Origin: Macrostomum lignano
Lineage: Eukaryota
Direction of reading: 5' to 3'
Length of the DNA stretch: 64,000 bases
Assembly (NCBI GenBank): GCA_002269645.1
Contig: NIVC01000671.1
Location: 310,001 to 374,000, forward strand
Numbering within the stretch: the stretch's first letter is position 1; each line of letters starts with the position of its first letter. The position numbers and the translations under genes were made by a program. This document shows positions 23,599-37,130 of this stretch, one piece after another. The notes under the pieces are model-generated. The model made no database searches. It was not told the origin of the DNA and worked only from the letters and a program-made list of their open reading frames with translations.

Positions 23599-24224
23599 TA
23601 TTCAGAAGAATTCTGGAACTTCAAAGTTATATTTTGTCGGTAATCTAACTGAATTCCCTCAGACAATTCAATATGGATTTTTCTACTGAATATTTTATGA
23701 TAGCTAAAAAAGTTTTGGGGGCTGGGTGGGAATACTTGCTGTATTCTGAATCGGTCTGGCCCATAAGTCAACAATGTTTGTCAGTTTTTCCTATCCAAAT
23801 TGATTAGATCTGATCATAATTCGGAATCAATATTTTTTTATGATCTCATGTGGTCTTCAGTCTGGAGTTGCGACTCTTTAAGCTATTTAAATGGGCTGTC
23901 AAATTCGACTCTCAACTTTTTTACTTACAGATTTTTTTGTCCAACCCGAATTTGTCGATATTCGATACCTTTGGTGGAATTGGCGATGGCCTGCCCATTC
24001 AACCATTACTGCCACTTGCTGAATGAAATGAAAGAATACATTTATATTGTTACTGGCCCAACTTCACAATTCTGTACAGAAGTGTGCTTGCAATACGTTA
24101 CATTTATGAAATTGAAATCCGAATGACTGTATCCAGGGGGTGTCGCCATGGATTCTATGGTGGCAGGGGGGGGGGGGCACAAAGCAAAGAATCCTAGGAG
24201 AATCCGTCAAGTTAAAACTGATTT

Positions 24225-24605
24225 TTGGCGCCTGAGGCACTCATTTTAGCGCCGCAGGCACTCATTTTAGCGCCGCAGGCACTCATTTTAGCGTCAGAAA
24301 CACTCATTTTAGCGCCGCAGGCACTCATTTTAGCGTCAGAAACACTCATTTTAGCGCCGCAGGCACTCATTTTAGCGCCGCAGGCACTCATTTTAGCGCC
24401 GCAGGCACTCATTTTAGCGCCGCAGGCACTCATTTTAGCGCCGTAGGCACTCATTTTAGCGCCGCATGCACTCATTTTAGCGCCGCAGGCACTCATTTTA
24501 GCGCCGCACGCACTCATTTTAGCGCCGTAGGCACTTCTTTTGAGCGCCACAGGCACTCATTTTTGGCGCCCTGGGCACTCATTTTAGCGCCGCAGACACT
24601 CATTT
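24225..24605. repeat. 21-bp minisatellite (GCACTCATTTTAGCGCCGCAG)
   Basis: Read directly. Confidence 0.95.
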
Positions 24606-25269
24606 TCCGGCCCTGAAGCAAAACTCTTGATATCCATAACGGGTAGGTCACAAGGTGGTCGGCGGACCTGACTATCTGAAATTCGATCGTGTTGAACCAG
24701 TTCAAAAGTTTTTTCATTTTGCTTAGTAACTACGATGTAGCTTACATGTATAAAAAACGTCGTATATGGGCAGCCATAAATTTCTAAACCGATTCTGTGT
24801 TGCTATGAGCGTGATTTCGATTTTGACATTAACAACAGGTCACTCGCAACCTGCAATGGCCGGCAACGCAAACAAGGTGTTAATCCTCTGATTTAGCCAT
24901 ACATGTAGTAATCATGGGTTCATTTAGCCTCTAGGAGAATGAGATTAAAATGTCAACAGTGGCCTCTGTGTGTTTGTACACATCCATCAGCCAAGGCTAC
25001 CTGTTTGACTTCTATCTGATTCAAGCAGGTTGTATTTTTCTCTTAATTAATTCAAACCTAAACCGCATGGCAACCATTGTGCATGTCTTATTTGTTTTCA
25101 TGTTTCTTTACACTGTGCTGTGTGTCCTTGATAAAATTGGCAACCAAATCAGAGTTTGATAACTTTTCCCTGAGGCCATGAACTGATGAAGTGAACAGGG
25201 TACGAGTACATGTAGATATAAGGCAATGTACACAGGGATTTAGTGATTGCAGATTGCCTGTCACCTCGG

Positions 25270-25885
25270 TAAAACAAGTTTATCTCATCTCACAGCTATG
25301 CAAATCCCAATTCCCATCTCACAGCTATGCATATCCCAAATCCCATCTCTCAGATATGCAAATTCGATTTCCCATCTCACAGCTATGCAAATCCCAATTC
25401 CCATCTCACAGCTATGCAAATCCCAATTCCCATCTCACAGCTTTGCAAATCCCAATTCCCAGCTCACAGCTATGCAAATCCCAATTCCCAGCTCACAGCT
25501 ATGCAAATCCCAATTCCCATCTCACAGCTATGCAAATCCCATTTCTTATCTCACAGCTATGCAAATCCCAATTCCCATCTCACAGCTATGCAAATCCCAA
25601 TTCCCATCTCACAGCTTTGCAAATCCCAATTCCCAGCTCACAGCTATGCAAATCCCAATTCCCAGCTCACAGCTATGCAAATCCCAATTCCCATCTCACA
25701 GCTATGCAAATCCCATTTCTTATCTCACAGCTATGCAAATCCCAATTCCTATCTCACGGCTATGCAAATCCTAATTTCCATCTCACAGATATGCAAATCC
25801 CCATTTTCCATCTCACAGCTATGCAAATCCCAAATCCCATTTTCCATCTCAACTATGCAAATCCCAAATCCCAATCCCAATCATA
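25270..25885. repeat. 29-bp minisatellite (CCCATCTCACAGCTATGCAAATCCCAATT)
   Basis: Read directly. Confidence 0.92.
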
Positions 25886-26701
25886 TACGAACGTAGTTAA
25901 AAAATCCCATTTTCCATCTCTAAAAGTCGCCATCCCGCAAGTTACATGGGGATTCGGTCAGAAGCAATTCAAATCCGTTTGAAGCCAAGCAGAGGCAGCT
26001 GCTCACGAAAGGCAAATATAGTTGGCTGTATCTGATCAAATTTGTCTCCAGTTTTCCTTCCTAAAGATCCGAAATTTCTTCTTACGCCGAGTAGGGAGGG
26101 GCCACTTGAGCCTTGGAATTATTGCAAAATTATTGCTCAAACGATTTCTTTTCATTTCTTTCGACTCTGCAACGTGCGGCGCCATAAGAAAAATGACGCA
26201 AAATGTGTTCGCCCAACCGCGGGTTGCGTCACAGTCAGGTCTCTCGGACCGCGTTCTGTTCGTCTCAATATTTTGACAATACTTTGCCGTAAATTGGGAT
26301 CTCGGCGAGGGCAACACAGCTGCCTCCTTGATGCAACAGGCCGGTCTGAGGCGTTGGAGATCGGCTTCTATACAAATGGATAACGCTATTCCTCGCTGTT
26401 ACGTTTATAGCTGTCTCGAAATCCTCAGGTGCCTACGTTTGGCTGGCTCTCAGCTGCTGACACCTGCTTTAGCGAAAGCAACAGAAAGAAATGCGAGAAC
26501 AATTTAATAATAGGTGTTTGAAAAGCTGCGTTCAACCAACTGATAAGGATTTAGAGACAGCTATAAATAAGTTTGCTGTTAGTCGCTTCGCAGGGGCAGC
26601 TGATAGCAGTTCTGTCTGACGTCAGCGCGGTTGGCGTCAAGACGAACATTGCAGCGAGGGGCCAGTCCAGATGGTATGAATTGATGGAGGAGAATAGAGG
26701 A

Positions 26702-28410
<1,709 letters not shown>

Positions 28411-29184
28411 CAATGGGCATTCACTAACAGGTCATCATCATTCACTGCTGCTGTGTAAATGCGAATCGCAGATATCAAATGTCAACACAATGTTTAAACA
28501 CAAGCATCGAGCAGGAAAATAGTCTGGCTACATAATAAATAAAGGTAGATAATCGCAAAAAGCAACTCGCAAGCCCTGTGTGTATTGAAAAAAGGCCGAA
28601 TTAGTTTTGTTAAAGTTGGTTAACAAGAAGTCTAATTTTTTGTAAATAAACAATTTCATGTGCGATGGTCCATTCAGCATGGAATACGAGCAACTTAAGC
28701 AAGACTGACTGAAGGTGTGAATCAACATCGCATCACCCTGGGCGCATCCTCACCAAGGGTTGCGTCACACCAGCTTTGGTTTTGGTTTTTGCAATCGGCA
28801 GCTGGGTTAAGCGCCCCCATACACCTGAAGTGCTTTCACTCGTGCCCTATCGCGGTTTTCGCCAATATGTTTGCCTTCTAATTGTGTCTGGATCCGGGAT
28901 GCTCCGCCTACTCCTTGGCTTTCCAATATTATCATATTATGCAGATCTACGCTTGTAGAAGTTCTGATCACTCGAGACGGACGCTTTAATTAAAGAGATT
29001 TTCAGTCTGAAGTTGGCCGCAGGACGCCACTCTGCGCCGAGATTTCAATTTCTACGAGTATTCGGAGATTAAATTTTTTTACAAGTTCGAGTAGTTCATT
29101 AAATTGCGTCACATTGTATGAAGAGCTTTTCAGGGCTTCTGATTGAGACTCAATTTGTATCTCTGTTGTCACAGTGTCCCCTGT

Positions 29185-29700
29185 GTCTGCCTCTCCCCTC
29201 TACCCTCCCTCTGCCCTCTACCCTCCCTCTCGCCCTCTACCCTCCCTCTTCCCCTCTACCCTCCCTCTCCTCCACTAACCTCCTTCTGCCCTCTACCCTC
29301 CCTCTCCCTCTCTACCCCTCCTCTTCCCCTCTACCCTCCCTCTCCCCCACTACCCTCTCTCTGCCCTCTACCCTCCCTCTCCCCCTCTACCCTCTCTCTG
29401 CCCTCTACCCTCCCTCTCCCCCTCTACCTCCGTCGGCACTCTACCTTCCCTCTCCCCCTCTACCCTCCGTCTGCCTTTTACCCTCCATCTCCCTTCTATC
29501 CTCCCTCTCCCCTCTACCCTCCATCTCCCCTCTACCCTCCATCTCCCCTCTACCCTCCCTCTCCCTTCTACCCCCCTCTCCCCTCTTCTCTCCCTCTCCT
29601 TTCTAGTCTCCCTCTCCCATCTGCCTCCTCTACCCTTTACCCTCCTCTCATCTCTTTCCTCTTCTCTTCTTTTCTTTTCTCTTCCTATCCCCTCATTTGT
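29185..29700. repeat. Pyrimidine-rich low-complexity repeat (CCCTCTACCCTCCCTCT-like)
   Basis: Read directly. Confidence 0.9.
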
Positions 29701-30466
29701 TCCTTTCTTCCTCTCTCACCCTTCCCATCCCTTCCAATATATGCCCTAGTTACAGTCGCACACACACACACCTCAGTCTGATAAAAAGCAAAAAAATGAA
29801 AATTCTCACCTGCATGTCAGATTAGAAAATCATGATTCGAAACTGGCATGAGCAGTAAGAATCAGATTAGGAAGGCTCTTATCTCCTAATCTGATATGAC
29901 TATATATAGGCTAAGATACGGATTGAGTTGCCTCCCTTATACCGCCCTGTCACGCATGGGGTGTGAAGTGAAAAGCCCGGATATCTTTCCTCCTCTAAAC
30001 TCAAAGTCTCAAGCGACCCGGAGACTCATGGCCAAGCGAGGGGTGAGAGAGAGTTGAGGATATCAAATCACAGCCCCTACACGCACGGGAGAAGACCAGC
30101 CATGCAAAATAGCATAGAAACCAAAATTTGCCGCTTCACGGATGGAGCATTCAATGTCAGGCGTTGGGATGCTGAGTTTTGCTTGGCCAAAAGGGCCGCC
30201 ACTGTTTCACTGTTTTACGGTCTGGATGAGGCTGCGGGTGGGTAACGCGATACTGCTGGGCAACGCTTGGTTAGACTTAATAATACTGCCGTCTGAGGGC
30301 CCTAAGGGTGTCGGATTTATCTGGTTGATTGCAAAACAATGACATCATCGTTTGCCCGCTTGAGGACTCCGTGTTTCAGGGGCCTTTGGCAACACTTGGA
30401 CTGGGCACGGGTGTAAAACCACTCAAAATTCTGACCTGACAGAGACAGAAACAAGACCTGTTGTAA

Positions 30467-33400
30467 GGTTTGTAGATGATTTGTAGGTGGTTTGTAGGTG
30501 GTTTGTAGATGATTTGTAGATGATTTGTAGATGATTTGTAGGTGGTTTGTAGGTGGTTTGTAGATGATTTGTAGGTGGTTTGTAGGTGGTTTGTAGATGA
30601 TTTGTAGATGATTTGTAGATGATTTGTAGGTGGTTTGTAGGTGGTTTGTAAATTATTTGTAGGTGGTTTGTAGGTGGTTTGTAGATTATTTGTAGGTGGT
30701 TTGTAGGTGGTTTGTAGATGATTTGTAGGTGGTTTGTAGGTGGTTTGTAGATGATTTGTAGATGATTTGTAGATGATTTGTAGGTGGTTTGTAGGTGGTT
30801 TGTAGATGATTTGTAGGTGGTTTGTAGGTGGTTTGTAGATGATTTGTAGATGATTTGTAGATGATTTGTAGGTGGTTTGTAGGTGGTTTGTAGATTATTT
30901 GTAGGTGGTTTGTAGGTGGTTTGTAGATGATTTGTAGGTGGTTTGTAGGTGGTTTGTAGATGATTTGTAGGTGGTTTGTAGGTGGTTTGTAGGTGGTTTG
31001 TAGATGATTTGTAGGTGGTTTGTAGGTGATTTGTAGGTGGTTTGTAGATGATTTGTAGGTGGTTTGTAGGTGGTTTGTAGGTGGTTTGTAGATGATTTGT
31101 AGGTGGTTTGTAGGTGGTTTGTAGGTGGTTTGTAGGTGGTTTGTAGGTGGTTTGTAGGTGGTTTGTAAATTATTTGTAGGTGGTTTGTAGGTGATTTGTA
31201 GGTGGTTTGTAGATGATTTGTAGGTGGTTTGTAGGTGGTTTGTAGATTATTTGTAGGTGGTTTGTAGGTGGTTTGTAGATGATTTGTAGGTGGTTTGTAG
31301 GTGGTTTGTAGATGATTTGTAGGTGGTTTGTAGGTGGTTTGTAGATGATTTGTAGGTGGTTTGTAGGTGGTTTGTAGATGATTTGTAGGTGGTTTGTAGG
31401 TGGTTTGTAGATGATTTGTAGGTGGTTTGTAGGTGGTTTGTAGGTGGTTTGTAGGTGGTTTGTAGGTGATTTGTAGGTGGTTTGTAGGTGGTTTGTAGAT
31501 GATTTGTAGGTGGTTTGTAGGTGGTTTGTAGATGATTTGTAGGTGGTTTGTAGATGATTTGTAGGTGGTTTGTAGATGATTTGTAGGTGGTTTGTAGGTG
31601 GTTTGTAGATGATTTGTAGGTGGTTTGTAGGTGGTTTGTAGATGATTTGTAGGTGGTTTGTAGGTGGTTTGTAGATGATTTGTAGGTGGTTTGTAGGTGG
31701 TTTGTAGATGATTTGTAGGTGGTTTGTAGATGATTTGTAGGTGGTTTGTAGGTGGTTTGTAGATGATTTGTAGGTGGTTTGTAGGTGGTTTGTAGATGAT
31801 TTGTAGGTGGTTTGTAGGTGGTTTGTAGGTGGTTTGTAGATGATTTGTAGATGATTTGTAGGTGGTTTGTAGGTGGTTTGTAGATGATTTGTAGGTGGTT
31901 TGTAGGTGGTTTGTAGATGATTTGTAGATGATTTGTAGGTGGTTTGTAGGTGGTTTGTAGATTATTTGTAGGTGGTTTGTAGGTGGTTTGTAGATGATTT
32001 GTAGGTGGTTTGTAGGTGGTTTGTAGATGATTTGTAGGTGGTTTGTAGGTGGTTTGTAGGTGGTTTGTAGATGATTTGTAGGTGGTTTGTAGGTGGTTTG
32101 TAGATGATTTGTAGGTGGTTTGTAGGTGGTTTGTAGATGATTTGTAGATGATTTGTAGATGATTTGTAGGTGGTTTGTAGGTGGTTTGTAGATTATTTGT
32201 AGGTGGTTTGTAGGTGGTTTGTAGATGATTTGTAGGTGGTTTGTAGGTGGTTTGTAGATGATTTGTAGGTGGTTTGTAGGTGGTTTGTAGGTGGTTTGTA
32301 GATGATTTGTAGGTGGTTTGTAGGTGATTTGTAGGTGGTTTGTAGATGATTTGTAGGTGGTTTGTAGGTGGTTTGTAGGTGGTTTGTAGATGATTTGTAG
32401 GTGGTTTGTAGGTGGTTTGTAGGTGGTTTGTAGGTGGTTTGTAGGTGGTTTGTAGGTGGTTTGTAAATTATTTGTAGGTGGTTTGTAGGTGATTTGTAGG
32501 TGGTTTGTAGATGATTTGTAGGTGGTTTGTAGGTGGTTTGTAGATTATTTGTAGGTGGTTTGTAGGTGGTTTGTAGATGATTTGTAGGTGGTTTGTAGGT
32601 GGTTTGTAGATGATTTGTAGGTGGTTTGTAGGTGGTTTGTAGATGATTTGTAGGTGGTTTGTAGGTGGTTTGTAGATGATTTGTAGGTGGTTTGTAGGTG
32701 GTTTGTAGATGATTTGTAGGTGGTTTGTAGGTGGTTTGTAGGTGGTTTGTAGGTGGTTTGTAGGTGATTTGTAGGTGGTTTGTAGGTGGTTTGTAGATGA
32801 TTTGTAGGTGGTTTGTAGGTGGTTTGTAGATGATTTGTAGGTGGTTTGTAGATGATTTGTAGGTGGTTTGTAGATGATTTGTAGGTGGTTTGTAGGTGGT
32901 TTGTAGATGATTTGTAGGTGGTTTGTAGGTGGTTTGTAGATGATTTGTAGGTGGTTTGTAGGTGGTTTGTAGATGATTTGTAGGTGGTTTGTAGGTGGTT
33001 TGTAGATGATTTGTAGGTGGTTTGTAGATGATTTGTAGGTGGTTTGTAGGTGGTTTGTAGATGATTTGTAGGTGGTTTGTAGGTGGTTTGTAGATGATTT
33101 GTAGGTGGTTTGTAGGTGGTTTGTAGGTGGTTTGTAGATGATTTGTAGATGATTTGTAGGTGGTTTGTAGGTGGTTTGTAGATGATTTGTAGGTGGTTTG
33201 TAGGTGGTTTGTAGATGATTTGTAGATGATTTGTAGGTGGTTTGTAGGTGGTTTGTAGATTATTTGTAGGTGGTTTGTAGGTGGTTTGTAGATGATTTGT
33301 AGGTGGTTTGTAGATGATTTGTAGGTGGTTTGTAGGTGGTTTGTAGGTGGTTTGTAGATGATTTGTAGATGATTTGTAGGTGGTTTGTAGGTGGTTTGTA

Positions 33401-35064
33401 GATGATTTGTAGGTGGTTTGTAGGTGGTTTGTAGATGATTTGTAGATGATTTGTAGGTGGTTTGTAGGTGGTTTGTAGATGATTTGTAGATGATTTGTAG
33501 GTGGTTTGTAGGTGGTTTGTAGGTGGTTTGTAGGTGGTTTGTAGATTATTTGTAGGTGGTTTGTAGGTGGTTTGTAGATGATTTGTAGGTGGTTTGTAGG
33601 TGGTTTGTAGATGATTTGTAGGTGGTTTGTAGGTGGTTTGTAGGTGGTTTGTAGATGATTTGTAGGTGGTTTGTAGGTGGTTTGTAGGTGGTTTGTAGGT
33701 GGTTTGTAGGTGGTTTGTAGGTGGTTTGTAGGTGGTTTGTAGATGATTTGTAGATGATTTGTAGGTGGTTTGTAGATGATTTGTAGATGATTTGTAGGTG
33801 GTTTGTAGGTGGTTTGTAGATGATTTGTAGGTGGTTTGTAGGTGGTTTGTAGATGATTTGTAGATGATTTGTAGGTGGTTTGTAGGTGGTTTGTAGATTA
33901 TTTGTAGGTGGTTTGTAGGTGGTTTGTAGATTATTTGTAGGTGGTTTGTAGGTGGTTTGTAGATGATTTGTAGGTGGTTTGTAGGTGGTTTGTAGGTGGT
34001 TTGTAGATGATTTGTAGGTGGTTTGTAGGTGGTTTGTAGATGATTTGTAGGTGGTTTGTAGGTGGTTTGTAGATGATTTGTAGGTGGTTTGTAGGTGGTT
34101 TGTAGGTGGTTTGTAGATGATTTGTAGGTGGTTTGTAGATGATTTGTAGGTGGTTTGTAGGTGGTTTGTAGATGATTTGTAGGTGGTTTGTAGGTGGTTT
34201 GTAGGTGGTTTGTAGATGATTTGTAGGTGGTTTGTAGATGATTTGTAGGTGGTTTGTAGGTGATTTGTAGGTGGTTTGTAGGTGGTTTGTAGATGATTTG
34301 TAGGTGGTTTGTAGGTGATTTGTAGGTGGTTTGTAGGTGGTTTGTAGATGATTTGTAGGTGGTTTGTAGGTGGTTTGTAGGTGGTTTGTAGATGATTTGT
34401 AGGTGGTTTGTAGGTGGTTTGTAGATGATTTGTAGGTGGTTTGTAGGTGGTTTGTAGATGATTTGTAGGTGGTTTGTAGGTGGTTTGTAGATTATTTATA
34501 GGTGGTTTGTAGATGATTTGTAGGTGGTTTGTAGGTGGTTTGTAGGTGGTTTGTAGATGATTTGTAGGTGGTTTGTAGATGATTTGTAGGTGGTTTGTAG
34601 GTGATTTGTAGGTGGTTTGTAGATGATTTGTAGGTGGTTTGTAGGTGGTTTGTAGGTGGTTTGTAGATGATTTGTAGGTGGTTTGTAGATGATTTGTAGG
34701 TGGTTTGTAGGTGGTTTGTAGATGATTTGTAGGTGGTTTGTAGGTGGTTTGTAGGTGGTTTGTAGATGATTTGTAGGTGGTTTGTAGATGATTTGTAGGT
34801 GGTTTGTAGGTGATTTGTAGGTGGTTTGTAGGTGGTTTGTAGATGATTTGTAGGTGGTTTGTAGGTGATTTGTAGGTGGTTTGTAGGTGGTTTGTAGATG
34901 ATTTGTAGGTGGTTTGTAGGTGGTTTGTAGATGATTTGTAGATGATTTGTAGGTGATTTGTAGGTGGTTTGTAGATGATTTGTAGGTGGTTTGTAGGTGG
35001 TTTGTAGATGATTTGTAGGTGGTTTGTAGGTGGTTTGTAGATGATTTGTAGATTATTTGTAGGT
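30467..35064. repeat. 4.6-kb 11-bp satellite built from two interspersed variants, TTTGTAGGTGG and TTTGTAGATGA
   Basis: Period 11, ~418 units, with rare variants GATTA, GGTGA and AATTA. Confidence 0.97.
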
Positions 35065-35714
35065 GAAAACGAGTAAGGTGATTAAAATGGTTTTAAAAAT
35101 TGCTATAAATTCTCATTTTACAATATGATATCAAATCAAATCTCTTAATATTTTAATTTGACCTATCTACTATCAATAATTGATTATCTTTAGCTGCGAG
35201 CGGGTCTTTCAATCCAAGTGTCTACTACTACAGCTCGTAGAAGTCCCTTCCCAGATTATCTTTGGCTCTCAAGTCAGCCAACACCTTTTGAGGATCAGCG
35301 GTTCGGTTCAAATTGAGAACTGTATAATCACCCCAATGGCCCTCTCTCTAGACTGAGTGCGTGCACCCAGCCATCAACTGTGCCCATGGTATTCGCTTGG
35401 CTGACCCTGTTGACTTCTCTTTCAAAACTGTTGCTCTAATTTTGTTTAACTATTCGTTCAAATTCTATAGAAGAAAGTAAAAGGCAAATTTAATTCAACT
35501 TTTGTTGGCGGCGTTCGGTCGAGCGAATAATTGATCAGTTTTTGCCGGTGCCCCCCAGGGGGTGGGTGGGTTAATTCCATCACGGGTTGTTGAATCTTTC
35601 GCTTGACTTCACATCTGCCCGATATCAATCAAGATCTAACTATTCGGTGTGTGCTCACTGTGCTGCACTGTACTCTGTGCGCTAACTGGCACAGAAGCTT
35701 GAGAGTTTGTTGCG

Positions 35715-36503
35715 GAGGGAGCGGATCCTGTCAAGGTGAGACTGCAGGGAGCGGATCCTGTCAAGGTGAGACTGCAGGGAGCGGATCCTGTCAAGGTGAG
35801 ACTGCAGGGAGCGGATCCTGTCAAGGTGAGACTGCAGGGAGCGGATCCTGTTAAGGTGAGACTGCAGGGAGCGGATCCTGTTAAGGTGAGACTGCAGGGA
35901 GCGGATCCTGTTAAGGTGAGACTGCAGGGAGCGGATCCTGTTAAGGTGAGACTGCGGGGAGCGGATCCTGTCAAAGTGAGACTGCAGGGAGCGGATCCTG
36001 TCAAGGTGAGACTGCAGGGAGCGGATCCTGTTAAGGTGAGACTGCAGGGAGCGGATCCTGTCAAAGTGAGACTGCAGGGAGCGGATCCTGTCAAGGTGAG
36101 ACTGCAGGGAGCGGATCCTGTCAAGGTGAGACTGCAGAGAGTGGATCTCATTGAGATGAGACTGCAGGGAGCGGATCTCATGGGGATGAGACTGCAGGGA
36201 GCGGATCTCATTGGGGTGAGACTGCAGGGAGCGGATCTCATGGGGATGAGACTGCAGGGAGCGGATCTCATTGGGGTGAGACTGCAGGGCACAGATCTCA
36301 TCTCATTGGGGTGAGACTACAGGGAGCGGATCTCATTGAGATGAGACTGCAGGGAGCGGATCTTATTGGGATGAGACTGCAGGGAGCGGATCTCATGGGG
36401 ATGAGACTGCAGGGAGCGGATCTTATTGGGATGAGACTGCAGGGAGCGGATCTCATGGGGATGAGACTGCAGGGAGCGGATCTCATTGGGGTGAGACTGC
36501 AGG
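35715..36503. repeat. 30-bp minisatellite with two sequential variant blocks (GAGACTGCAGGGAGCGGATC core)
   Basis: CTGTCAAGGT-type units run to ~36135, then TCATTGGGGT/TCATGGGGAT-type units. Confidence 0.95.
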
Positions 36504-36953
36504 GATGGGAAGTGGAGACACATAAATATGCATAGCTTCTACAGACCAATAAGTATATATTTATACTTATTACTTATACCCATTACTTATACTTATTGGT
36601 CTGTGATAGCTTTTAAGAATGATTTAAGCGTAATAGTGCAACCAAAACTACGAAGGGCCATAGACACTTATCAATTATTAAATCATCTTTTTGAATGAAT
36701 TTTAGTATATATCAGATTTCTAAACTACAATATATATAGCGTATACTATATAATCCATATTTATAGTCAAACGAGGCAGTGTAAAAAGTACCAGAGAAAA
36801 AATTCGCGGAAGGTAAGTTCTTGTTAATTCTAATGATTGGGAACTTTCAAGCATTGATTGCGCTCACTAATAAAAGATAAAAGATAATTAGCTAATTATA
36901 TTTTCTTACTATTTCAAGCTAATTCTAGTTGGTGGAATGAAAATACGTGCCAG

Positions 36954-36983
36954 CCAATGAGAGGCCTCCTGAGCTCCCATTGG
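36954..36983. promoter_or_regulatory. Pair of oppositely oriented CCAAT boxes upstream of the RhoGAP gene
   Basis: AGCCAATGAG (CCAAT 36954-36958) and CATTGGCT (ATTGG 36979-36983), 150-180 bp before the ATG at 37131. Both have NF-Y-type flanks. Confidence 0.5.
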
Positions 36984-37130
36984 CTCTCGAGATTCCAAAC
37001 TGAGACGCGGGGGTCCTCTCTCCCGGAATATTAAAGCCAGCCACTCCACTTCAGCCAGCTTCAATTCCTCCCACTCATAGCACTGATCGCTGCGCCCAAT
37101 TGCTCCTGCCTGCTCACCGAGTCACCGAAG

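Noticed and set aside
24128-24180. CAGGGGGTGTCGCC...GGGGGGCAC resembling a hAT-type MITE terminus
   Set aside because: No matching opposite terminus or TSD was found in the window.
30054-30342. FTDGAF...GVG motif resembling RNase H
   Set aside because: It needs a frameshift, no downstream catalytic motifs were recognised, and it is too short to support.
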